Positions 46,729 to 54,790 of a DNA stretch of 64,000 nucleotides are shown here, piece after piece; position 1 is the first letter of the stretch, and each line of letters opens with the position of its first letter. Position numbers and translations under genes: made by a program. Under the pieces are notes generated by a model, which made no database searches, was not told where the DNA came from, and saw nothing but the letters and a program-made list of their open reading frames with translations. Origin of the DNA: SAR324 cluster bacterium (GTDB lineage Bacteria > SAR324 > XYD2-FULL-50-16). The stretch is taken from the NCBI GenBank assembly GCA_028282885.1, contig JANQGX010000058.1, positions 68,078-132,077 on the forward strand. Reading direction: 5' to 3'.

Positions 46729-47943
46729 ATGGAAAAGATCATTAAATCTCATAAATTGGACAATGTCTGTTATGAGATCCGCGGTCCTGTGTTGCGGGAA
46801 GCAAAAAAACTTGAGGAGGAAGGTCAGAAAATACTTAAACTGCATATCGGAAATCCTGCCCCGTTTGGGTTTGAAGCGCCTGATGAAATCATCCAGGATA
46901 TGATTCTGAATCTTCCAACCGCACAGGGCTACTGCGACTCCAAAGGTCTTTTCTCCGCTAGAAAGGCAGTAATGCATTATTGCCAGCAGGTACAAATAGA
47001 AAACGTCAAAATCGAAGACATCTACATGGGAAATGGTGTCAGTGAATTGATTGTGATGGCTATGCAGGGATTGTTAAATGATGACGATGAAATGCTGATT
47101 CCGGCCCCTGATTATCCATTGTGGACGGCGGCAGTCAGCCTTTCAGGAGGGAAAGCCGTACATTACACCTGTGATGAACAAGCCGATTGGTATCCGGATA
47201 TCGAAGATATAAAAAGCAAGATAACTCGTAAAACAAAGGGAATCGTCGTTATTAACCCTAATAATCCAACGGGAGCGGTATATCCGAAAGATATTTTAAT
47301 GGAGATTATCCGGCTGGCAAGGGAAAACCAACTGATTGTTTTCTCTGACGAAATATATGACAAGATCATCTTTGATGGTGCCCGACACGTTCCTATTGCA
47401 TCTCTCGCTGATGATATTGTTTTCATCACCTTAAATGGATTGTCCAAGACATACAGGGTAGCCGGTTTTCGTTCCGGCTGGATGATAGTCAGTGGTGCCC
47501 TCCACAAAGCAGCCGACTATATAGAAGGGTTGGATATTCTGGCTTCCATGAGATTATGTGCGAATGTACCTTCCCAGCACGCTGTGCAAACTGCTCTTGG
47601 AGGTTACCAGACCATTGAGGAATTGATAAAACCCGGGGGCAGACTTCACAGGCAGAGGGAGACAGCATACCGTTTGATTATTGATATTCCCGGTCTTAGC
47701 TGTGTGAAGCCAAGGGGCGCCTTGTATATGTTCCCGAGAATAGATCCCGGGAAGATCAGGATTCTCAACGATGAACAGTTCGTACTGGATCTCCTTTTGC
47801 AGAAAAAACTGCTGGTGGTTCAAGGATCGGCATTCAATATCCCCACTCATGACCATTTCAGATTGGTCTTTCTACCCCATGAGGAGATACTTGAGAAGGC
47901 CATAAACCGAATAGGTCGTTTCTTTTCCAGCTATCAGCAATAA
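46729..47943 (+). CDS. alaA: Glutamate-pyruvate (alanine) aminotransferase AlaA (class I)
   Basis: Near-collinear with E. coli AlaA/YfbQ as recalled: NVCYEIRGPVL, LHIGNPAPFGFEAPDEI, NGLSKTYRVAGFRSGWM, CANVPSQHAVQTALGGYQ. Confidence 0.85.
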   Translation: MEKIIKSHKLDNVCYEIRGPVLREAKKLEEEGQKILKLHIGNPAPFGFEAPDEIIQDMILNLPTAQGYCDSKGLFSARKAVMHYCQQVQIENVKIEDIYMGNGVSELIVMAMQGLLNDDDEMLIPAPDYPLWTAAVSLSGGKAVHYTCDEQADWYPDIEDIKSKITRKTKGIVVINPNNPTGAVYPKDILMEIIRLARENQLIVFSDEIYDKIIFDGARHVPIASLADDIVFITLNGLSKTYRVAGFRSGWMIVSGALHKAADYIEGLDILASMRLCANVPSQHAVQTALGGYQTIEELIKPGGRLHRQRETAYRLIIDIPGLSCVKPRGALYMFPRIDPGKIRILNDEQFVLDLLLQKKLLVVQGSAFNIPTHDHFRLVFLPHEEILEKAINRIGRFFSSYQQ

Positions 47944-47969
47944 TTGCAGAGCGGTACAACGGTCCCATA

Positions 47970-50168
47970 ATGAAGATTCTTTTGATCACGCCACCTTTCA
48001 CGCAGTTGAACTCACCATATCCTGCGACCGCTTTTCTAAAGCAGTTTCTGGCAGGAAAAGGCGAAAAGGTGAATCAAAAGGATTTGGGTCTCGATCTTTT
48101 TCTCTCAATTTTTTCTAAAAACGGCCTGGAGCGGGTTTTCGTTCATTCGAGGGATAATAAAGAGAAGCTGGACAGGCAATGCCGAAAAATAGAGTCAGCC
48201 TCACGGCGATATATCAATTGCATCGAGTCCGTCGTCTCTTTTCTCAAAACCCGGGAATCCGGCCTTGCGTACCTGATCTGCCGAGATGGCTTTTTGCCTG
48301 TTGGAAAAAGACTTTCACAGGCAGTTGACCTTGAATGGGCGTTCGGTACAACCGGAGTAATCGACAAAGCTTGCTATCTCTCAACCCTGTTTCTCGAAGA
48401 GATTAGCGATTTTATCAGAAAACGGATTATTCCGGATTTCGGATTCAGCCGCTATGCAGAACGCCTGGCCCTTTCAGCCACCTTTTTTGAGCCTATTCAT
48501 CAAGCTCTGCAGCAAAACAACTCTTTTTTGGATGAAATCATCTCAGAAAGCATCCATCGATATCTGGATCAAGAGCAGCCCAATCTCGTCGGATTCACGA
48601 TTCCTTTCCCCGGATGTCTGTTTGGTGCCTTGAAAAGCTGCATGGTTATCAAACAAAGGGATACTTCCATTAAAACTGTTCTGGGTGGAGGATATGTCAA
48701 CACTGAACTCAGGGAACTTGAAAGCACTTTAATCTTTCAATACTGCGATTATATCACCCTGGACCAGGGAGAACTGCCTCTGCTTCGCATTATTGAACAT
48801 TTGAAAGACGAAAAAAACCTGGATTCTCTTGTCCGAACGTACACCTGTATTGAAAACGAAGTTCAATATTGGCCCGGTACAGAAAAAGATGTTGTACCAT
48901 TCGCAGATTCCGGTTTTCCCGACTATGAGGACCTGGATCTGCACGAGTATCTGTCCATCATGGAATTGACCAATCCCATGCATCGATTATGGAATGACGG
49001 CAAATGGAACAAAATGATGGTCGCGCAGGGATGCTACTGGCAAAAATGCTCTTTCTGCGATACAAGTCTCAGCTACATTAAGGATTATGATACAGTTGGC
49101 GCCGAGACACTGGTCAATCGAATAGAACAGTTAATCGCTCAAACCGGTCTGACCGGTTTTCACTTTGTCGATGAAGCAGCCCCGCCTTCCGTGTTGAAAA
49201 ATCTGGCTATCGAACTGCTTAATCGCAATATTAACATCAGTTGGTGGACCAATATTCGATTTGAAAAAAACTACACCCCGGATTTGTGCAGGCTTTTGGC
49301 TAAATCGGGATGTATCGCTGTTTCAGGAGGGTTGGAAACAGTTTCTGACAGGCTTCTTGATTTAATGAACAAGGGGGTAAACCTGGACAAGGCCGTTTCT
49401 GTCCTGAGCAGCTTCAATCGGGCAGGAATAATGGTGCATGCTTACCTCATGTATGGATTTCCGACTCAAACAGAACAGGAAACCATCGACGCTCTGGAAA
49501 TCGTGCGCCAGCTTTTTGAAAACAGCCTGATTCAATCCTGTTTCTGGCATCGATTTTCACTGACTGCTCACAGTGCGATTGCCCGGAATCCAAAAGCCTA
49601 TCAGGTCAAGATTACCGGATCCGAAAAAGGGACGTTCGCGTGGAATGATCTTTATCACCAGGATCCAAAAGGTTGCGAGCACGGTGATTATGCAAATGGC
49701 CTGGAAAAAGCGGTTTATAACTTTATGCATGGAATCGGAATCGAGTACAATGTCGCGTCCTGGTTTGATTTCAGAACTGTGCCATCGACTATTTCTCCCG
49801 AATTTGTCAGCCTGTTAACCAAAAGCACACCAAAAACCTCCAAGGCGAAAGAACACCATCAGGTTCTTTGGTTGGGCGATAAACCGCAATTACTGATCCC
49901 TCACCCGGGAAGAAGTAAAAAGAACAGGACCGCGTCTTGTAAGCTGATCATCAATGGAGACCATTCAGATATCAGCATCAAGTCGGATGAACAGCAGTGT
50001 AGATGGATATTGGAGATTCTGGATTCGGCGACCCCTGCCAGTGGTGTCTTATTGACGGTTAAACAGGTAGCCGCAGCATATGAGCAGAAGTTTGATCAAT
50101 CATTTGAGCTGCTTAAAAACAGCTCACAATGGCAAAAACTGGAGAGAAACGGCCTGATTTATATTTGA
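47970..50168 (+). CDS. Large (732 aa) B12-binding-domain radical SAM protein with a non-canonical Cx4Cx2C cluster motif and ~200 aa of unassigned C-terminal sequence
   Basis: MKILLITPPF B12-like N-terminus. VAQGCYWQKCSFCDT followed by HFVDEAAP (the FxDD-type motif of B12-rSAMs). Confidence 0.7.
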   Translation: MKILLITPPFTQLNSPYPATAFLKQFLAGKGEKVNQKDLGLDLFLSIFSKNGLERVFVHSRDNKEKLDRQCRKIESASRRYINCIESVVSFLKTRESGLAYLICRDGFLPVGKRLSQAVDLEWAFGTTGVIDKACYLSTLFLEEISDFIRKRIIPDFGFSRYAERLALSATFFEPIHQALQQNNSFLDEIISESIHRYLDQEQPNLVGFTIPFPGCLFGALKSCMVIKQRDTSIKTVLGGGYVNTELRELESTLIFQYCDYITLDQGELPLLRIIEHLKDEKNLDSLVRTYTCIENEVQYWPGTEKDVVPFADSGFPDYEDLDLHEYLSIMELTNPMHRLWNDGKWNKMMVAQGCYWQKCSFCDTSLSYIKDYDTVGAETLVNRIEQLIAQTGLTGFHFVDEAAPPSVLKNLAIELLNRNINISWWTNIRFEKNYTPDLCRLLAKSGCIAVSGGLETVSDRLLDLMNKGVNLDKAVSVLSSFNRAGIMVHAYLMYGFPTQTEQETIDALEIVRQLFENSLIQSCFWHRFSLTAHSAIARNPKAYQVKITGSEKGTFAWNDLYHQDPKGCEHGDYANGLEKAVYNFMHGIGIEYNVASWFDFRTVPSTISPEFVSLLTKSTPKTSKAKEHHQVLWLGDKPQLLIPHPGRSKKNRTASCKLIINGDHSDISIKSDEQQCRWILEILDSATPASGVLLTVKQVAAAYEQKFDQSFELLKNSSQWQKLERNGLIYI

Positions 50169-50228
50169 CAGCCCGGTCTTTCCTGTTTCAGTAGTCAATA
50201 CATAAACATAGTTTTTAAAGGAGTATTA

Positions 50229-51347
50229 ATGAAACGCGTATCCCTAACTCCGGCAGTATTTCATTTGTCAGATCGTGTAAATGCCGTTGCCCCCGAATAT
50301 GCCAGACAACCGATTGTTCCCCGGGGACCGGCACTTAAACCGATTCTGGACAGGCTGAGAGGTAAAGTCACAGATCAACTGGAGGTTTCCGACACCCATG
50401 AAGCGGTCATCATCTCTTCGTCCGGTTCGGGAGCCATTGCTGCCACTATAGGTTCATGCGTGGATGATAATGGATTCCTGGTAATTGCAAATGATGTTTA
50501 CGGTCAAAGACAAGCCGATTTTAGCGAGCAACTGGGTATTAAAACCGTTACATATAGCCTGGATTTTGGAGTCAAGCCGGATTTGGCGGAGATCGAACGA
50601 CTTGTGGACGAGCATGGGATCAAAACGATCGGAATGGTACACGGCTGCACAAGCGTTGGACTCCTAAATCCAATTGCCGAAATCGGGGCCTTTTGTAAAA
50701 AGAAGAACCTGAAGCTGATAGTCGATGCTATCGCCTCTATCTATGTTGAGGAGATTGATATCGACAAATGTGGTATCGATGCCTTGATCTGTTCAACCAA
50801 CAAAGCGCTGCATTCAAATCCGGATATCGCTTTCTCGGTGATTGCAAGAGACTACCTTGATGAAATGGCGCAAAGACCGGGACGAATACCCTATCTGGAT
50901 CTCCATAAAACCTGGCAATTACAATCCAAAGGAAGCCATCCCTATACTATTAACATTCGGGCCCTACTAGAGTTTGAAGCGGCTTTGGACGATTTTAACG
51001 AAAGAGGCGGACTCACCGCCAGAATCAATATGTACAGAGATCGTCTGGCAATCCTCAGGGCGGGTTATGAGAATTTGGGTTTAAAAACGTTCCTGAGAGA
51101 GGGAATGGAACAGCAAAATATTGGAACAGCTCTTTATCTGCCGGAGGGTCTTACCTATGACAGTCTTGCAGATGAACTGGCTAATTGGAACAATGGTGAT
51201 GGTGAATGCTATGAAATCTATTCCGCACAGGGGGAACTCTCGGGAGAGGTCTTCAGGATATTCAATATGGGTGAATATCCCCTGGATACCTATCGACGAT
51301 TCATCAACGCATTGGAGACATGTATCAATAAACTGCTGAAAGGATAG
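50229..51347 (+). CDS. Class V (AGXT/PhnW-fold) PLP-dependent aminotransferase
   Basis: PLP-lysine context ICSTNKALHS. Overall class V fold pattern. Confidence 0.65.
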   Translation: MKRVSLTPAVFHLSDRVNAVAPEYARQPIVPRGPALKPILDRLRGKVTDQLEVSDTHEAVIISSSGSGAIAATIGSCVDDNGFLVIANDVYGQRQADFSEQLGIKTVTYSLDFGVKPDLAEIERLVDEHGIKTIGMVHGCTSVGLLNPIAEIGAFCKKKNLKLIVDAIASIYVEEIDIDKCGIDALICSTNKALHSNPDIAFSVIARDYLDEMAQRPGRIPYLDLHKTWQLQSKGSHPYTINIRALLEFEAALDDFNERGGLTARINMYRDRLAILRAGYENLGLKTFLREGMEQQNIGTALYLPEGLTYDSLADELANWNNGDGECYEIYSAQGELSGEVFRIFNMGEYPLDTYRRFINALETCINKLLKG

Positions 51348-51377
51348 ACCTTCATTGAGTAACAGTTGGAATCGCTT

Positions 51378-51980
51378 TTAATCGTTGAAATCTGTTCGTC
51401 CCTCAAATGCGCGAGCCAGTGTATTTGAATCGGCAAATTCAAGATCAGCTCCGGCGGGCATTCCCCTCGCAATCCTGCTGATCTTGTCCACACGCCCCTT
51501 AAACACATTTACCAGGTAGTGTGCTGTCGCTTCACCTTCCAAAGTGGAATTCGTGGAAAGAATCAGCTCCTTGACTCCCCCATTGGCCACCCGCTGCTCC
51601 AGCTCACTGATTCTTAATTTATCCGGTGAGATCCCCTGCAGAGGGGATATGGCCCCTTGGAGAACATGGTAGACACCGGTGAAGATACTTGTACTTTCAA
51701 TGGTAAACACGTTTCTGGGATCTTCCACAACGCAGATGATTTCCTGATTTCGTTTGGGATCCGAACAGATTTGACATATCTCATCATCGGAAAAGGAGAA
51801 ACAGTTCCGGCAGGTCTTGATGTGCTCTTTGGCATTTTTGATGGCTTTGGAAAGAGCTTCGGCCTCTTCGTCCGCTTTGAACAAAATAGCGAAGGCAAGT
51901 CGTTTTGCGGTTTTTTTACCAATTCCGGGAAGTTTAGCCAGCTCTTCTGTCAGTTGAATAATGGGTTGCGGTAGATTCAT
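51378..51980 (-). CDS. recR: Recombination protein RecR
   Basis: HhH, C4 zinc finger CRNCFSFSDDEICQIC and Toprim domain. Confidence 0.9.
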   Translation of the reverse strand: MNLPQPIIQLTEELAKLPGIGKKTAKRLAFAILFKADEEAEALSKAIKNAKEHIKTCRNCFSFSDDEICQICSDPKRNQEIICVVEDPRNVFTIESTSIFTGVYHVLQGAISPLQGISPDKLRISELEQRVANGGVKELILSTNSTLEGEATAHYLVNVFKGRVDKISRIARGMPAGADLEFADSNTLARAFEGRTDFND

Positions 51981-52312
51981 TTATTGGCAAGATTTGTGAG
52001 GTCCGAGAGATTCATGCCCCCCATGATATCGGATAGTTCGGAAGTTGTGATCTCCTTGGCTTGCCTGATAGCTTCATTACACGCCGCGCGAATCAGGTCT
52101 TCCAGAATCTCTATTTCATTCTTATCCACTATCTCGGGATCAATGCTGACGGATAGGGTTTCGAAGTTTCCGTTCATTTTCATGCGAACCATGCCGCCCC
52201 CGACACTGACTTCCACCGTTTTTTGTGCTGCCTCTTTTTTCTTTTCGCTTAGTGTATTCTGCAGCTCCTTGGCTTTTTTCATCAGTTCATTCATATCCAG
52301 ACCCTTAAACAT
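51977..52312 (-). CDS. ybaB: Nucleoid-associated protein YbaB/EbfC
   Basis: 111 aa. Conserved position between dnaX and recR. Confidence 0.9.
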   Translation of the reverse strand: MFKGLDMNELMKKAKELQNTLSEKKKEAAQKTVEVSVGGGMVRMKMNGNFETLSVSIDPEIVDKNEIEILEDLIRAACNEAIRQAKEITTSELSDIMGGMNLSDLTNLANK

Positions 52313-52954
52313 CTTCTACCTCCTTGATAATTTCAATATTTCTGATTTTACTACCTGGAAAAGAGGAGAGGATCTGCTGAACCTTTTTATCCTTCTTTGC
52401 CATTTTTTTCTGTTCCTTTTCACGTTCCAATTCTTCCTGTTCCTGTTTTACTCGAATGGTATCGTCAATGCCTTTACCTTCTTCTTCATAAAGAACCTTT
52501 ATCGGATGACCGAAATAAGTTGCGGCCGCCTCTTCAATCTGTTTGCGTCTGGGTTCCGAGAACAGGTCGGTGTTTTTGAAACAGATAGACAGGGTGTCTT
52601 CCGTTATCTTTAATAATACCGAATTACGTAATATCGAAACAAGTGATTTATTCTTTGTTGTCTCCATAAAGCGGACAAAACCTTCCCAACGCTCCGTCGA
52701 GCTTGAAGTTTGTCCCTCCGTCGATGTTTTCGCTTTGTCCGGTAAATGAACATCCGATCCTTCTTCATCCTTGTATCCAAAAGTAGATTCGTTCTGTGAA
52801 TCTTGTGCGGCATTCAGCGGTTGATTTGCCTGTTGGAAAGATTCCGGAGGATTATGTTCCGGCGGTAATGACGGAGTTGGGGGATAATCCCTTTGGGGTT
52901 GGGCTGGCTCAGCGTCTAACTTTTCGGTTCTGTCATTGATGACGGATTGAGGAG
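52305..52954 (-). CDS. dnaX: dnaX C-terminal (tau-specific) coding region. It is in the -1 frame relative to the upstream part and is contiguous only after slippage at the A9 run (52955-52963).
   Basis: The -1 frame from the A-run is open (KKKTPQSVINDRTEKLDAEPAQPQRDYPP...RWEGFVRFMETTKNKS...) and runs directly into ORF 52305..52667. That ORF is followed by ybaB-recR, as in canonical dnaX operons. Confidence 0.7.
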
Positions 52955-54106
52955 TTTTTTTTTAGGCTTCGAAGTTCCCCTAAGCAGAGAGATGACTTCA
53001 CCTACCCCCACCAGTGATTCGAGTGAGCACATTTTGACCAGGCTCATTTCGACACAGATCTTTGCCTGGTTGCTCTTTTTTACCTGGGCTTCAGTTTCCA
53101 ATACAATATCAAATAACTGCTGCAATTGCGTCCCGGTTGTTTTATCTGCAAGAGTCTTGTACAGCTCTAGCTGATCCGGCAAAAACCCCAACCACTGGAT
53201 TCTCTCCTGCGGCAGGTTTTTAACCAGATTCAGATCCTTGATGGACTTCATCAGGTCGGTGATCAACCTTGTGATCGAGTGCCCTTTCTCAACAACCTGT
53301 TGAAATAGTACCAGTGCCTGATCCAGGTCTCTTTCAATAATATGCTTCAGGATCTGGTCGATCTGTCGCGCATCATTGATCCCCAGAATTTCGACAACCT
53401 TGTCATCATCAACACGATCACCGCTGAAGCTGATCAGCTTATCGATGATGGTTAGCGCATCCCGCAATCCACCGGTTGAATTACGTGCTACCAACATCAA
53501 AGCCGTGTCTGAAACCTCCACCTTTTCCATTTGTACGACTTTTTTCAGATAATCGGCCATCAGTGGAGTCGAAATATTTGAAAAATCGAAGCGCTGGCAG
53601 CGGGATATAACTGTTGCCGGAACTTTATGGTGGTCAGTTGTTGCCAGGATGAATTTGACGTGAGCAGGAGGTTCTTCCAGAGTCTTAAGCAAGGCATTGA
53701 AAGACTCGGTGGTTAACATGTGCACCTCATCAATGATGTAGGTCTTTACCTGGCACTTTGCCGGTGAGAATTTAACACTGTCGCGCAGATTCCTGATGTG
53801 TTCGATCCCCCTGTTGGAAGCGGCATCTATCTCAATAACATCGGTCGAGATCCCCTGTCCGATCTCCACGCAATTCTCACACTCACCGCAAGGTTCGGCT
53901 TCAACCGGCGAGGTACAGTTCAATGCCTTGGTCAGAATCCTGGCGCAGCTCGTTTTCCCCGTACCGCGAGGTCCTGTAAACAAAAACGCGTGGGCGACCC
54001 GGTTGGTCTTGATGGCATTAACCAGGGTCTTGCCAATGGCATCTTGTCCTATTAAATCTTTGAATTTATTTGGTCTTAATTTTCTTGCTAAGACAAGGTA
54101 GGACAT
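52916..54106 (-). CDS. dnaX: DNA polymerase III subunit gamma/tau, N-terminal 396 aa (zero-frame product; gamma-like)
   Basis: FLFTGPRGTGKTSCARI Walker A and CGECENC zinc module. The frame ends 13 codons after an A9 run. Confidence 0.9.
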   Translation of the reverse strand: MSYLVLARKLRPNKFKDLIGQDAIGKTLVNAIKTNRVAHAFLFTGPRGTGKTSCARILTKALNCTSPVEAEPCGECENCVEIGQGISTDVIEIDAASNRGIEHIRNLRDSVKFSPAKCQVKTYIIDEVHMLTTESFNALLKTLEEPPAHVKFILATTDHHKVPATVISRCQRFDFSNISTPLMADYLKKVVQMEKVEVSDTALMLVARNSTGGLRDALTIIDKLISFSGDRVDDDKVVEILGINDARQIDQILKHIIERDLDQALVLFQQVVEKGHSITRLITDLMKSIKDLNLVKNLPQERIQWLGFLPDQLELYKTLADKTTGTQLQQLFDIVLETEAQVKKSNQAKICVEMSLVKMCSLESLVGVGEVISLLRGTSKPKKKLLNPSSMTEPKS

Positions 54107-54137
54107 TGCAGTGAAAGGTTGTCATATGAGAAAAGAA

Positions 54138-54223
54138 AGTGATCCGTAACGCATCTTCCAATACTTAGTGCTGCTTCCTTTCGGACCTGACACGATTCGC
54201 ACCTTCCAATCGTACGGATCACC
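54138..54223 (-). ncRNA. ffs: Signal recognition particle RNA (4.5S, small type)
   Basis: Contains GTCAGGTCCGAAAGGAAGCAGC, matching the SRP RNA domain IV consensus. It is closed by the long helix GGTGATCCGTACG / CGTTACGGATCAC. It lies immediately upstream of dnaX, as in many bacteria. Confidence 0.75.
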
Positions 54224-54229
54224 GCATTG

Positions 54230-54319
54230 TGGCGGAGAGACGGGGATTCGAACCCCGGAAACAGTTTCCCATTTACACGCTTTCCAGGCGTGCTCCTTCA
54301 TCCACTCGGACACCTCTCC
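54230..54319 (-). tRNA. tRNA-Ser (anticodon GGA)
   Basis: Hand-folded cloverleaf with long variable arm. Anticodon loop CUGGAAA. GGTTCGAATCC T-loop. Encoded CCA. Confidence 0.85.
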
Positions 54320-54378
54320 GCGTTTTCTTTGCTCCCTGGCACAGGATCTATCGATGATCCCCTCCTTCCAGGAACATG

Positions 54379-54455
54379 TGGTACACCCGAAGGGACTTGA
54401 ACCCCTGACCCCCTGTTCCGCAAACAGATGCTCTATCCAGCTGAGCTACGGGTGC
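54379..54455 (-). tRNA. tRNA-Arg (anticodon GCG as folded)
   Basis: 77 nt. D-loop AGCTGGATA. Anticodon stem TCTGT/ACAGG with loop TTGCGGA. GGTTCAAGTCC T-loop. Encoded CCA. Confidence 0.7.
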
Positions 54456-54489
54456 ATCATTCCGTTGGTGTCATCTTCCTGCAGCCTTA

Positions 54490-54579
54490 TGGCGGAGAGA
54501 CGGGGATTCGAACCCCGGGTACCCTTGCGAGTACAACAGATTAGCAATCTGCCCCATTCGGCCTCTCTGGCATCTCTCC
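54490..54579 (-). tRNA. tRNA-Ser (anticodon GCT)
   Basis: Anticodon stem-loop CAGATTGCTAATCTG. Long variable arm. GGTTCGAATCC. Encoded CCA. Confidence 0.85.
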
Positions 54580-54689
54580 GTTTTCCGCACTTCCGCTAAT
54601 ATCGCATATCGGAAGTGTGCAGTGGTTTGCTTTGAGCTTGTGGAACTATTTCAGCAGGAAGTACGACAGCATTTGATGCAATGCTATTC

Positions 54690-54775
54690 TGGAAGAGGGA
54701 GGGGGATTCGAACCCCCGATGCCGAAGCATAACGGTTTTCAAGACCGCCGGATTCAACCACTCTCCCATCCCTCC
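54690..54775 (-). tRNA. tRNA-Ser (anticodon TGA)
   Basis: Anticodon stem-loop GCGGTCTTGAAAACCGT. Long variable arm (GTTATGCTTCGGCATC). GGTTCGAATCC. Confidence 0.8.
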
Positions 54776-54790
54776 AAATCATCCTGTATT

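Noticed and set aside
54168-54599. 143-aa plus-strand ORF spanning the tRNA/ffs region
   Set aside because: It overlaps three structured RNA genes (ffs, tRNA-Ser, tRNA-Arg) on the opposite strand. The open frame is a chance consequence of tRNA sequence.
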